From assembly GCA_000934665.2 (NCBI GenBank), contig JYFJ02001576.1:1-64000 (forward strand): a stretch of 64,000 nucleotides of DNA, read 5' to 3'. Position numbers and translations under genes: made by a program. The notes under the pieces were generated by a model. It was not told the origin of the DNA and made no database searches. It saw only the letters and a program-made list of their open reading frames with translations. How positions within the stretch are numbered: position 1 is the first letter of the stretch; each line of letters begins with the position of its first letter. Positions 23,186-37,559 of this stretch are shown here, one piece after another. This DNA is from Catajapyx aquilonaris. Taxonomy: Eukaryota.

Positions 23186-25090
23186 TTAATTGATACCATT
23201 AATTTCCTCCGATTCGTCCTCTTCTACACTTCCAACAGTAGGTAGTTCCACCTCCACTGAAGCCGCTTCTTCAGAAGAAATGCTGTATTCTCCACTTCCA
23301 CCATCCACTACTTCTTCTCCGTTTACTCCCGGTTTCGTAGTGACTTCAGCCTCTTCATCTGGAGGAATCAGCGTCACAGATTCGCACCTTCTTCCCGTAA
23401 ATCCGGCCGAACAAGAACAAGAAAAGTTGCCATCTTCTTCAGTCATACTCACGCACGTCCCTCCATTAGCGCAACTGTTGGGGTTATCTTTGCAGTAGGT
23501 CAGCTCTGGAAAAAATACAATATAAAATAATGGACCCCAAAATGTCAATCACGAGCAAAATGATGGGGACGTGCTAAATTGTCTTTCAACGAGTTCACTG
23601 TAAAACCAACAACGGTAATATAAAGCAGAGTGTGTCAAGATTATGACGCCCATTACTACATATTAGCGTTGAATAACAGACATCATCGCTTTTACAGTGA
23701 ACTAGTTACAGCTCTTCAGCCTGTCTGTATTTTAGTTTGCGACTGTGACCAGAGAGATGGATTAAAACAAGACGTAAATCGCACCAATTCTAGGCCAGTT
23801 TTATGTTTCTCAAAAGTACGGGCATTTTTCTATCCTATCAGACACACCAGTTAAATACCGGTAAATTCACATTTTCGATATTAAATAAATATAAATAAAC
23901 CAGCATACCTTGGTCACATAGCATCCCGGTCCATCCTGGCTCGCAGTTACATTCCCACGGTAATTTGCAGGTGCCATGGGAACATCCAGGGTATCGGAAA
24001 CATTCGGCGCAATTGTCTCCCCACCATCCCATTTTGCAGATGCATTCCCCAGGCTTCTTGCAGTATCCATGCTCTTTGTGGCAATCCGGGTGGCATATAG
24101 CTTGAAAAAGGCGGGAGAAAAGCGAATGAATGTTCGAAATATGGGGCATGTTTCAATCGTGGTATTACAATTCTGTATACGTTATGAGACCTGTAGCCTT
24201 GTCCCAAATGTGTGCGTCGCATAATACTGACCAGCGTGACAGAAAACACCTCGCCATCCTTCGCTACATTGACACTCTAGAGGCTTATCGCAAAATCCAT
24301 TTCGACATCCTGGAAGGGCTTGACAGTCTATGCACGTCTCACCTGCCCATCCAAGCCGACACCTGCATATTGAATAACGAAGAAAATCACCTTTGTGCAC
24401 AAGAAACTACACATGTGGACCAACCTGCAATCTCCAGGCCTCTCGCAAAACCCTCGGATTGGGTGGCACCCGGTTTTGCAAATTGCTGTGAAATGACACA
24501 TTACGTAATACCGATCTATTCCAATGCTCCAGAATGTACTCACGTTGATTACAAAATATACCGTCCCACCCTTCGTGGCAATTGCACTCAAAGCTCTTGT
24601 TGCAGGAACCGTGGATACAACCAGGAAATGTCATACAAGAATCACACAGATCCCCATAATAACCTGGAAAATTAACCCCCCATTAGCACACAAAACGTGT
24701 GGTTAACCGCAATGTCTAGCGTACAGTACCTATATTACAACGGCATTCCTCTGGTCTCCGACAGTACCCAAATTGTGGGTGACATCCTTTACGACAAATG
24801 GGGACATTGCACAGGTCTCCAGTCCATCCTTCCTTACATTTGAGCTCTCCATTTGCAGAACACGTGTAATGGCCCTCTCTGCCATCCTCAGGCAAAGCGC
24901 ATGCCTTTTTTTTTACATTTAAAAAAAACCGTGACTATACCGGCAACAAAAGAACTATTAATAAACCAACAGGTGTTACAAAGCTCACCTCCCGTTTCCA
25001 AGTAGGTTGTAGTTGAGCAGTATGGTGATGGTGTCTGGCCCAGCATGAGGCCATCGACAGAAAAAGAAGCCAGAGAAGCACCGCCGGCAT
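23186..25090 (-). CDS. Secreted Delta/Jagged-like EGF-repeat protein (C901-like): signal peptide, partial DSL, 3 DOS-like EGF pairs, 1 canonical EGF, acidic tail; about 366 aa
   Basis: Seven phase-consistent exons: 25090-24989, 24904-24730, 24663-24544, 24485-24425, 24362-24232, 24100-23909, 23505-23186 (1101 nt). Hydrophobic N-terminus MPAVLLWLLFLSMASCWA; GHYTCSANGELKCKEGWTGDLC resembles the C-terminal half of DSL; repeated ICxxGCHxxxGxCxxPxECxC / CxxxPGCxHGxC units like Delta EGF1-2; no transmembrane segment before TAA. Confidence 0.88.
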
Positions 25091-26217
25091 GACTGTCGGA
25101 TATGACTGAGTGAATGGACTGGATCTCAACAGAGAGGATCCGGCCTGTAACGGTGGGGCCGTGGTGTGGTCTGTCTTTTTCTACTTTTTTTTTTTAACCA
25201 CCTATACTTCCCGTTATTTATGCTGGAAGGAGGGGACTCGGCCCCTCGGCTCAAACAGCCTTTTGGGTTACCAGTTCAGTGGGTAATATATACCTTTCGC
25301 TCTCGGAGGCCACTGACGGGAGCCGATCCACAAGGATGACCAATTGAGTATATGGATACAAAAACTAGATTACTGCAACAGTGGCGGGCTGAGAACATTC
25401 ATTTCAAGTTTGACGTCAGTATTATAAGGCATCAATTTTTTTGATTACGTTACTTATCAAATTAGTTTACTGAATATTTTGTGCATTAGCATATGCAATA
25501 TAAAACTCTGCAGTTTTTTAGACCGTTATAAAAATTGTGCAACTCTAATGTCATTTACCTAGTTTTGCGGAAGCAGGCATAGAATTATGCTTACATTATG
25601 CATTTATGCAAATAATGGTGTAGAGTCCTGGAATGTGCTATGTTGAGGTATAGCAGAGGTTGTTCTCATTTCTTTCTTATTCCCATTTTGATTCGTAATA
25701 AAGTTGCTGAAAATTTTAAATTAAAACATGCATACAGATGGAGTCAGGAAAAATATTAATTTCCGTAATGACGCTGGTACGTATAGTTCAAAATGTTCCA
25801 CCGCATGAAGCTGGTTCTTCTGAATTTTCCAACCATATATGGTTGATGAACCACCAGCCCGTAGCTCATAGACAGAAAAATCCATTCTCTACCTCTTTTT
25901 GGGATGGTCTATTTGCTCTAGCACTATGGAGGGATGCACGAGAAGTTTCTCTGTGTGGATTCCTATTCCCAAAGCGTCGCTAAAAAACTTGGCAAAGTCA
26001 TCACTTATCTGTTTTTCGCATCCGGCATATCATACACTCAAGACGTTTACTGAGAAATAGTCAGGCCATTTTGTATACCGGTACAGCATGAATGCATTGA
26101 GATTAGCTTCATAAAAGTAAGGTGACAGTTCTAATGTCCTGCAGTAATTATAGCACCGCTTTTGTCTCATTTTATCTATGCCACTATCACACGGTACACT
26201 ATGCAGTTTCTGGCAGC

Positions 26218-26271
<54 letters not shown>
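26218..26271. repeat. (TAT)n microsatellite
   Basis: Perfect trinucleotide run. Confidence 0.95.
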
Positions 26272-26272
<1 letters not shown>

Positions 26273-29200
26273 AACCTGTGCACATTTGGAGATCCTTGCT
26301 GGTCATCCTTGACCTTACCTATGTTTTTGTGAGGGTGGTTTAAAGAGGTTGGTTTTCTGAAGGAAGGGACCGTTCCCTTCTTTTGTCAGACTAATGGGCC
26401 CAATTCCAGCAATAAATTCCGAAAGCAACAGAAAAAAGGACGAGGGCCCAATGCGTGTGTGTTGCCTTTTGTTCAGGAAGGAACGAAAGAAGAGGAAAAA
26501 TGGCAGTTTGAGTTTGAACAAGGTGGAAGAAACATTAGTCTCCATGTGTCCTTCGCTAACGGAGGCAAATAGGGACATAGCGGCAGTTTTGTTATTCCAT
26601 TAGCTCGCCGCTTTCAGCGCCCCAAATAAGCTGCCAAAATCCATTTTGTTCGCGTTTTAGTTGTGTAGCATCTGAGGCCAAGTTCACAAACGGGCACACC
26701 CTTCTACGCATCAACATCGCTTTATTTTTTTAAAGAGTATTAAGGGAGATGAGGCTAGTAAGTTTGAAGATTGAAGCCCTATAGTATAGAAAAAAATTAA
26801 TAATATGTTATTCGACACAGTGCAGAATAATCATTACGTGCAATTCGACGTTGGCGGCAGTTCAAAAATAGCGGGGGAAGACCGAACCGCTGATCGCAGT
26901 GACACCATGTCGCCATCGATTGAGCAGCCAGGAGTGTGACAAGTTGCATAATATCCAGGAGACATTTCATAACAGCTGTCTAAAATTCAAAGAAGCTGAA
27001 AAATATTTGGTCAAACTGGTGAGAATCGAACTCACGACCTTCAAAGTATGGCGCTAACTAATACCGAATCAGGCCAACTCCTGCTCTCTACATAGGTAGG
27101 GTTTATATCCCGGTTTTAGGTTTAGATCAATGACGCAAATTGCACGCGAACGCTCGCAGCCATACTCCACAACTAACAATGATGGAGCATAGTTTGCCTC
27201 TTGATACCCTTTCCTTCAGATAAGGGGTGACCTTAACCTGAACTGGCTGGGTCTTGGGGATGGGCCGATTGAATTTCCTGGCCGCATCCCGGGAGATCAA
27301 AGGAGAAACAACAAGGGGAAATCAACTGCGTGCAGGATTCTCGGGCACACAATCATCTCTCCTGTCTCCATCAATAATAAGGGACAGGATTTCCACACGG
27401 ATTCTTGCGGACTTCCAATCAGCGACTCGCATTTTTCAGAGACGCCAAGCATGGCACGGCTCGAATCAGCATGGCTCCAACAGGCAACAGGTCAATCATT
27501 CACATGTTTTAAATGCAAACCTGGAGTTCAGCAGTGGCTGTCCATTATTGGATCATTATTTCATAACAAATAACTATGTAACCGCGTGTATTTGGGCATT
27601 TTTGTCATTATTTCTGGGTTTTTCTAACTACTGTAGACTTTTGCTTGCTGCTATCCATTTTCTTGATACTCTCCAGGATCTCACCAAGTGTCTGCTGAGT
27701 GTCACCAGCAGTGTAGCTGGTAATTGTTCGTGTTGTGTCTCTATATGCCTGTCAACAGTGGCCTATGATAGGCGCCTATAAATAGTGTAATGGGCAGTGT
27801 CGGGCTTACCCTATTGCATCATAGGTAGTTGGCTAGGATGCGGTGGGAAGGTCGATTTACAGCTTAGGACGTCTCTTTTTTAATGGCCTGTAATGTAGGG
27901 CGTGACAAACCAAAAGGTCAGCAGGGTAGTTGGTAATTCTAAGGATAAAAAAAGGACAAGAATGTATGGGTGCAAAATGGTGAGGTACCGGTACCCATAC
28001 TCAACGATGTGGGTGTTAATGATATTGCGCCAAGGACCATTTTGTCATTAGACTTCTGGCATTGATATTATGTAATTAACGTAATGGAATGTAATATTAT
28101 ACTAAATAAGCCGAAACTTAGCACCGTACACGTAGGCTACTTCACAATCGGCCTATAAGTGTTATTTGTCAGAGTGTACGCTGGGTGGCATATGCTCAAG
28201 GCGCCAACCCACATCTCCCTTCCCGGCGCGGCGAAGAGATGACCCTCCGCCCTCCTCTCCCCGAAAGGCAGGAAAATTACATAAAGGCCAGGGGTTGTTT
28301 GCCTCAGAATAATGTTACTAAGTGTGTCAAATTCTTATTAGGTTTGCCAAAAATAACTCTTCACTCTTAATAATATGACACGTACAGTATATACAAGCAT
28401 ACCGTATATCACGTCTTCCTACTTTCCGCTCTTCCAATGCCATTTATTCACTAGAATGACTAGATATATTTTATAAATTAATGTGTTGGTGATTGTGTGT
28501 GGATATGTGTGTATGTGCAATTGAGCAGTGGGAAGGAGCGATTTTTGACAGTGGGACATCATCCAGACAAACCTATACGCGAATATGGATAGAACCTCTC
28601 GAAACTCTTTCCACATGAGAAAGTTTCCTCTGTGGTTGACACTCATATTGGTATAATTATGACTGCCCCCTGTAAGGGCTCCGCCCTCTCATGGGGTAAC
28701 GTAAATAAATAAATAAGCTTAAATAATTGGTACCGGTATATGACTCCCTTACCCGTAGCACCGTGTTGCAGATAGTTCATGGAGCATATGAACGAACAAG
28801 CTTCCCTCTGGGCGATTCTATTCTCAATTTTGAGGGAAGAAGTAGGCCTACTGCAGATCATAATGTGCTTGAGTGGGTGGCTGATAGGGATACTGGGAAC
28901 GAAATGCTAAGCGGGAATTCGAGATAAGGAAGCAGCAGTATGCACATGAATCAGGAACCGGGAGAATGTGCAGTATAGAAAGAGAGGTGTGCCAGTAGGC
29001 TACAGTGTCCTGCTTAGGTTTCCTCCCTCACAATCGAGAATAGAATCGCCCGGAGTGGATCTTGTTCATTCACAAACTATAGTTCTCCGTGGAGTAGTGA
29101 GAGTGTAGTCAGGGAGTTTTAATAAAATATTAGGCTACTGTTGTGTACTTGGACAGTACCCAGTTCAGTGCACAATGTGGATGCACACCTAGCTTGACTG

Positions 29201-31132
29201 CAACAATTTTCCTTTCCTCAGCAGCCTTTTATCTTTCCTTTCATCTCTGAGCATCGCCGGATACCCCTCCGGAGTGTATGTACAGGGTGCTTTGTAATGA
29301 TGCCGACAACGTTCTAGGGTGAACTCTGGGTACCAGAGGGTCAATTTATGGAGAGGTTTCATTGGGTCTCCAAAGCTTCGTTACTGAGATAATTGGCCTT
29401 AATCAAAGAGTGCATTATACCGTCTCCCTTTGTAACCGATACCTTTTGCGATACTTCCATAGACTCGGCCATTGCCTGCTACATCTAAATGAGATTGTAG
29501 TTTTAATTAAAATGCACTGTAACATCTAATGTAAATAAATATGGCATGTCGCTTGGAGGGATGCATACCTGTCAGGATATCTCATACCTTGTCCATTATC
29601 TCGGTATAGGCTGCAGAGAGGGCATGATATACTCTACATAAATTGATCCTATGGGACCAGGTCCACAGAAATTCACCATAGCAGTTTGTCGGTATTATTA
29701 CAAAACACCTTGTACAGTACTGTATGTGTTTGGGACCGCCACCAGACCAATAAACTCGCTTACACAGAGCACAGTACATGTGAAAGTGGCTCGAGGCTAC
29801 CGACATAGTGAGGCTTGTAAAGCTTCACAACCTCGCTTTTGTGAAAAAGGCCTTAATTAGAAGCGATATGACATCGTGAAAGAGTAATTAACAAATTAGG
29901 CTAGCATGCACACTCTGTAAGTCATTGATCGAGGTCAATGTGAATAACTCGCCTTGACCTTAGCCGCACAAAAGGAGCTTAATTTCATTATGGTCACGGA
30001 CACATCTATAGCAGCAATGAATGGAAGGAGAAGGCGGGATGGGGGATGCGGGCTATATAGAAGGCAGATATACGTAGAGTAAATGGGGAATTGAATGAGG
30101 GATACTTTGTGTGGTTCAAAAATAACTAAATAGCTGGTAATCGCGAAAATGCTTGTATATGCGACCCAATGACAGTAGTTGATATTTGGAACAAACTTGC
30201 ACGCACGTGATACAAAGTGGTACATATTGAGGTTAAATTTTGCTGTGGGCTTTGCATTTGGCTTCCTGCGCATCAGCGTCGGCCATGCACATCATAATTA
30301 TTTCATTAGCAGGCCTTGATTGTGCATTATACGACTCAATGTCTCGGAAGTAATTTGGGGGAAAAACGAAGAGTGGCGTATATAGGCAGAATACGAATTG
30401 CGACAGGCCAGGAGCAAGTCACTTTGCATTTCAAAGTGAGGAAGGCTGCATGAGGAAATGAGCTTACTCACGCCTAATTAAAACCAGATTTATTATTGCA
30501 GCATTCATTAGTCTTCTATCTCTTGTCTAAGGGCCACCATTCTTAGTTAAAGAATGAAGCTGTAAACCTATAGCTCTGTATATCTCACTGATGCAATAAA
30601 AAAGCTATGGGCAATAGGAGACAGCAATAATAAGGTGAAAAGGTAGATTCTTGCCATTAATTAGTTACATTCTAACCTGCTTCCGTCGCTTACACAATGC
30701 CACCTCCACTGAACAATACTCGACTTATTTTCATTTCCTCGCATATTACTGCTCCGCTTTTACTTTTTACTGATAAACTAAAATTTGCAAAACAATCCCA
30801 CAAATGGATTTTGCGAAGGAGGAAAAGGCAGCACAAAAGCAAAAATCTGCAGGGAAACCTGAAGAATACAGCAGTTATTTTGAAAGACATCCATTATTCT
30901 TGACTGCGTCTGAGAGAAAAGTATCCGCTAGAAAGCACAAAAAGAGCGTAGCCGAGTTGCTATTGAGAAATGAGCGGCTTCTCCACAGCTGCATAATAAA
31001 AAGGCCCACGAAATTAACGAAGCGTTCTCATCAGCTCGAAATGAACTGCCGCCTCATTAATAACTCCACAGGTATAACTTGTCACAATAGATGGAAATGA
31101 TTAAGAAAACGGAGAAACGAGGACGCCAACAT

Positions 31133-31133
<1 letters not shown>

Positions 31134-31204
<71 letters not shown>
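31134..31204. repeat. (TAT)n microsatellite
   Basis: Perfect trinucleotide run. Confidence 0.95.
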
Positions 31205-31205
<1 letters not shown>

Positions 31206-33990
31206 AAAGTTGAGCAATGTGACAGACTTGATTTATAATAAGTGACGCAAGTTAGAGATTGAAGGTATGAAAGTCCAGTCTCAGCAACAGACTTGACTTA
31301 TTTGATGAGGATAGTTGAAGGAGATGGGGACTAGGCCTGAGGCTGCCCCTGAGGGCTGTCCAAACCAAGCTGGCTCATTAAGAGGCTTTCAGGTGCTGTA
31401 GTCGACACTCTCTGAGCCATTTTAATCAAGTTGCGGCCCACTCATTACAGGGTCCGACCCACGCTGTGATGCCCACCCAAGAAACTCATTGACCGACGCC
31501 TCATTTCCGCCCGCACGTGCTGTCAACCTCTAACATAGCCTGCGTTACAGAGGTATTGTAGACGCAACTGTATGATTCATCTCGTTGATTTTTATTCTTT
31601 TCCCAGACCAGGTTAATAAAATCTGCAGGCAGCCACAACGAAGACCTCTGGCAAAGGTGCAAACTCGATTATGAAGTCCACAAATTGACTCGCCTGGGCT
31701 CAAAGCAGGTGAGGAAACAAAGCTCCCCCGTAACTAGGTGCACCCTATAACTTGGCCGAACTTCACCTCAAGTTCATGGAATTAACAGTAACAATGCTGA
31801 AAGGGAAAGCCTCGGCATAGTGCATTGTCTCTTCTGCACTTCAAGGAGGGACGTATTGTTTGATGATTTGGTGATGGCCATGGAGGCACGGCTCCGTCAA
31901 CAGCTCATAATAATTTTAATATCAGAAGCTAAAAAGTGTCCGATAAATCAGTTTCTTCATAAGGATGTACTTTCTGTCAGAATTATAAAAAAAAAACAGT
32001 TTCGGCAAAACTTATCCTGGCGCTCTCCCAAGCTGACGTCTATGGGGAAAGTAGTGCTGATGGCATATAGCGCCAAGGAACATTTGGAATAAACTTTTTT
32101 TTTGAACAATTCGCTAAGTGCATGGCTCTAATATTCTTCCAACATGGTAGTCCACCCTCCGAAATTACCGTAGTTATTTTTACATAGTTCTGTACTATCT
32201 CAGCTTTCAAACGGGATGGCAGAGGTGGAAAAGGTCCTCACAAATGATGCTTCAAAGAATGTGCTTCCTGACATTTGCATTCACTAGAGTACACCTAATT
32301 ACACAATTTTTCTGTCCTTAAAATGTGAAGATCACATTGAAATCCGGCTTCTCCAAACAGCATTCCCCAACGAGTTATTAATGACTGAGGGTGGACTACT
32401 TAACTACGTAGATTGAAGCATATCTTACACTTGACGAACGTCCCATGTCAGCCTTCGTCACAGTTTTGTGACTCCTTAGAGCTTAGACCTCCCTCTGACT
32501 TTTGAGCGATGACAATCCGCGGTGGATCTCTATGCAGCAGCAACCTGCTGAATAACTTCATTCGTCTCAATTCGCCTCTCAACCCACTCCACTTTGCATA
32601 AATGTATTCATATGATGCGGCTCCTTTGGGACGAATGCGAAGCAAAATGGATGAAGGCTATAATAACAAGTGCAAGAGATGCCACCACCTGACAACTTCG
32701 CACGTATGTGACGTATAGCAAAAGCAGAATTTGTCCTTTTCTGTGGCCAAAGAAAAACAAGCGGCAGGCGGGCCAGGAAAATGACTGCATGTCGAGATCG
32801 ATGACAGAAAGGCGGCACTTTCCGCTTGCTTGGGGATTTTATCGGATCAAATTTGGTCGAGCGAGTTTCCCGCTCTGGTGGATTCAACACCAGATCAACA
32901 AATTGCATCTCGTCAGTTCCGCCTAGGACTGACCAGCATGCGTGTATATAAAGTATGTGGGGCAGGAAATATTCTCAAATCTGTTTTTGGGTGCGCAATT
33001 GCTAGGGAAATGCATCCCTGCGTCATTTGCTGACTTTTTATCTTCTAGGCAGTCAGGACGGTTCCCCAGCCATTTCCTAACTCAATCTTGATTGCGGCTA
33101 ATTAGCGGCGATGGTTAGGTGCTGGGAGATCAACAATTCTGGAAACATGATGGGGTGCTGAGGACTCGACGGGCCTTTCCAGAGAAGAACAAAAAAATAA
33201 TGAAAACATGCCTGGTGTGAAACAGTTCGTACAAAAATTAGTACCTGTAGTGCGAAGCCTGGGGAAAAATTTAAACCGTATTATACTTAGTGGGTTGTAA
33301 TGGAGTGGAAAAAAAGTGCTTTGAAAGAGCCCAATAACGAGACTGGCGAGCTGCATTAGCTCTGAATGAAATGAGCACAGACAAGGGCCAATTAGGCGCC
33401 GGCTAGATTTTAGCCACCTTTATCAAAAGGCCAAACTTCATCTCACTTTTATACTGGGCTCATCAGAAAAACTCGGCAAAAGCATTCCAATAATTCACCT
33501 CCGACAGCATTTCCTTCCTGAGGACCTCTTTTGCGCTCCATTCTTCTTCATTTCCAAAACTTCGCCAGCCTTATTTTTCAACCTCTGGCTTGGTGAACAG
33601 CTAAGTACACCTCTCGTCTGTCAACGAGGACGTGCCATCATATGACACACATCGACCTACTGCACCGCCTACCTCTCTAATAACTTACTACGCCGTAACA
33701 TAACAATGTCATGGTATTGTCCTTGAGATATGTCTTGCTCTTTTCACCGGTCGCCTGCAAGGTCGCCTGCAAACGTCAGTTTGGTGACCACATTATATAG
33801 TCGAGGGCTGACTCGATGTTCATTTTTCCGGTAGTTTCGTCCGGTTGGGTCGTCAGAATTGACGTTTAAGGTTAGCTTTGTAATTGTGTGGGTGCATAAG
33901 AGGTGATATAAAACAGTACTCAACACTTGAGTGCTCCGAGCAAGGCTTCATATAAAATTTTGGCAATGTTGGAAAGAGGGATCTGGAATA

Positions 33991-35029
33991 CAGGGTGGTG
34001 CATGTCCCAAGCCCCCCAGTTCAAGGGGTTATGACTTGTTTATCCACAACAGCCTGTTTAGAGAAAACAGTCATGAAAAGTAAAATGATGGATGCTTCCA
34101 ACCAGTTTCTTTATTTTATTCCAAACTTTTTGTTGCACAAATTCACTCATTACCTCCTTTACGAGATATAAATATTATTTGTGGGAACACCAGAGGTAAT
34201 AACTATATTTTCATTTAAAAAATTATTTATTTAGAGGACATTTACATTTTTTTTTTTTTTTTTGGAAATGGAATTGCACCTTTTTTCACTATTGACCCAA
34301 ATGCAATAAAAACCCTACACCTACACCGAGATCAAAAATAACCTTCCGTAATAAAGTTTCCGCTGTATCCAAGGTCTGTAACAGGCAAGTTTCACTGTGT
34401 ATCAGTTTCACTGGTGTAAAGGATATCACATCCCATGATGTGTTGTTACTTTTTAAAGGCAGATCCCACCCACCGCCTGATTCGATTGCCAGCACCCACG
34501 CCGGACAACCAAACGCGAAAATTTATGACAATAAGAAGATATCCAAGACGCGGAGCTGTCACGTCATCATTTGATATACAAAGTAACTACATCGGATATT
34601 ATCATACGAAAGACATGACAACTCCGCGCGTTCCAGAGCCTCTTATTGCCCTCAGTTATCGCGTTGGGTATTCGGAGTAGATGACATTCAGGTGAGCAGG
34701 TGGATGAGATCTGCCTTTAAACATAAAACGCACAAGTTATACATTCCAGACATTACTCATTTACATTCTTTATTATTAACCTGGAATAGGTAACAGTACC
34801 GTACTAAGAAAGGCGCTGAAAGGATCAAAGCAAATTAAGAAGAAAATCTTCAATATTATGTGTTTTGAATGTCTAAGCATAATCGAAGATTTTTCCCATT
34901 ATGTTGATGTCCTTAGCCAGGATTGCTCAGAACTAATGCGTAACTTCTTCCCTTGAACGGGGGACCGTAGATATTAAAGGTAGCCATCTTTAATATTTAT
35001 GATGGGGACATGGGAAGTGCATCACCCTG
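33991..35029. mobile_element. Old Tc1/mariner-type MITE with a nested Kolobok-like MITE (34457-34716)
   Basis: Outer TIR cagggtggtgcatgtccca / tgggaagtgcatcaccctg. Inner TIR aggcagatcccacc / ggatgagatctgcct with TTAA on both sides. Confidence 0.72.
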
Positions 35030-37559
35030 TGTATTGGATGATGACCTTTTAATATATCCCAGATACTACAGTTCAGTCAGAATTCAGTGGACGGACTTCA
35101 TCAGGTCGTTGCCTCATCCCTATTTGAACCCAAGTTGGCATCAAAGAACTTGGAAACATTGATTACAAGTGGATGAAGAATTGAACTCATCCCATCCCAT
35201 TCCGTCCTTTTTCCCCCTCAAGAAACATTCCAAATCCCTTAAGGTGTTGTTACAGCGGAGTAAGCTCATTTCCAACTATTCTCCAAGCCACTTACCAGAC
35301 TTTGACAATAACCCATCCAATTTTGCGGTAAGACCAGCCTGAAACCTAATAGCAACCGCTTCATGGGTTCCCCTTGATATCCCCCATACACAAACAAAGG
35401 CAACATGATCTGCATGATTCCTCGCAATAAAAGCTCGTCCCCCACTGTTGACACCCGATACACTGATGCGAAGAACTGCAAGTATCTCAGCAATAAGTTG
35501 CGTTTCTTGGGCAACACAACTGGGAGGAATCCATCTCCATCCGCGCACACGCAAAAGGCCAAAAGCAGCAGCAGCGGCAGGCAAGCCCCTGTCCCTTCTC
35601 GCCTGCTGTCCCATCCTAAATCCTACGCTCAAGATCGAAGACTGGCTGCAAACCGCGTGCTGCTCGCGTGCTGACAACACCGGAGGACAGTGTACTCATA
35701 GGTAAGTTCATCTTACTATTAGTGTTTTCTTACAACCCGGATGATCAAAGTTTCTCAAGTGTCCAATTTGAATCCTGATGGATGGGTAAATGTTTGTTTT
35801 TTTCAAAAGCGCGTCCTTGGTTTGTGATCCGGAACACACAAATAGGGTAGAAAAGTGCTTAGGAATCAATTAGGTTAACCTTTTGAGTCCACATTGTCTC
35901 GGTGGTCCCATCGTTTTCTGGGCAATCACAAGTTTGGCGAAGTCAAACAGGCGGAGAGAGCGAACCACTTTTTTTTCTCTAGTTAATTGGAGCTTAAGTT
36001 GGGTCAGTTTGTACCTGTCCTATAGCTTGATGCTATGGGATGGACAAGGATGGGAAAGAGAGACGGGCACGTACTGTTGACGGCGGCTTTAAAGTGGTCT
36101 CAGGCCTTGATGATCCATGAGAAATTCAACTGGGGAAACATTAGGAAGGGCAAAAGTTTCCTCGTAAATGTGAAGCAACGACGACATTTAACCTGGAATA
36201 ACGACGTCCGCCCAACATTAGCAGAGTACTGTTTAAACCGATGGCCTGCCCAAAGCACCTGTGAAGTGTGTTCCATCTGTAATATTGGCTAAAGGCCGGA
36301 AGGGATTGCTCAATGTGGCGGACTCGCTGTATTAATTCTGGCCAGGATCAGATGGGACCGTATTTAATTTTCGACTTCGGTTAAAAAAAACGATGGTCAA
36401 AATAGTAGGCTACTGTGGAATGAAAATGTAGCTGTTTCATCCCCACCAATTTTATAGATCCTTTGACTATTCGGTGGGAGTTAATAATGAAACATATTGA
36501 GCTGAATATTAGTATCTCATTCTCATCTTTCTAAGCCTTACACTAAATTTGAAATATAAGGCTATAAATTGAGTCTCTCATCTTTCTGGCTATAAACATC
36601 TTTCACGGCCCTTTGGGTGGACATGATGGCAATCTGCTCAGTGCAGTTGGATATTACTGAGATAAAAATTCAAGGTAAAAGGTGTCATTATGTCTTCAAA
36701 TCGGGAGTGATCTAAAATCTTTTTGTATCGTAAATAATGATAAATATATGAATTTTAAATTAACTTTATCATTTACTTCCTCTCTGCTCATGTACTAATA
36801 CATTATTTCTTTGCACACTGATTGATTTTTCGAACACGTATTTTCCATGCATACGTTGCGAGTTTACACAGCGAAAATACAGTGCAGTATTAGACTGAAT
36901 TTTTTAAAAATTGCCGAGAGCATTTCTTGCGGTTGCCCATTCTTTTTGGGAAAAGTATGAACTGCCTAAGAACACTTGACGTGACTTCTACCACAGTTCA
37001 TTCACTATTTATGGCGACTGGAGAGCTGTTAACGGGGAAGTACAGCGCTGCCCGTTTGATTACGACTTCAAAAGGAATTTTTCATCATATTAATCCTCGG
37101 ACCTTACTGAGGAGTCATTATGAGGTTGTAAATTCCACTCGGCCACCATCATCCAGAATTATAATGATTCGATAAACAAAGGGAAATTATAGGGATACGT
37201 AACCTCACCCTTGAATTCTGAAGATCAGATTATTATTACAATAATTAGACCTAACAATTCCTGCAAAGTAGACTCAACAGTTTAATGCATTACACCCTGC
37301 CCTGAACGAAAAATATAAATAGTTTTTTACAACATCAGCCATAAAGTTCCGTCACACTGATAGAAAAGAATAAGGGGCTTTATGACAGTATACTGTGGCA
37401 GACTGATGGGACAGAGAAAGGTCAAAGGTTGGATCAACTGAGGCTGCCAAATTCGAAAGTTGAAATTGCATTAATACGTGTAGTTATAATAATGGGGATT
37501 ATTTTCTACGTCATCTTGTAGCAACAATAAATGAAACTGGACTGTGTGTACCAACTATA

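Noticed and set aside
24130..24675. 181-aa plus-strand ORF
   Set aside because: Antisense shadow of the Cys-rich EGF exons.
27005..27077. tRNA-like T-arm (gtgagttcgattctcac) on the minus strand; also the tRNA-like heads at 651, 1110, 4080, 48705, 61739 and 63423
   Set aside because: No complete cloverleaf. Most continue into SINE bodies with tails and TSDs, so they are not tRNA genes.
27254..27781. 175-aa ORF between the EGF gene and LGR1
   Set aside because: Non-ATG start, no recognisable motif and no splice support.
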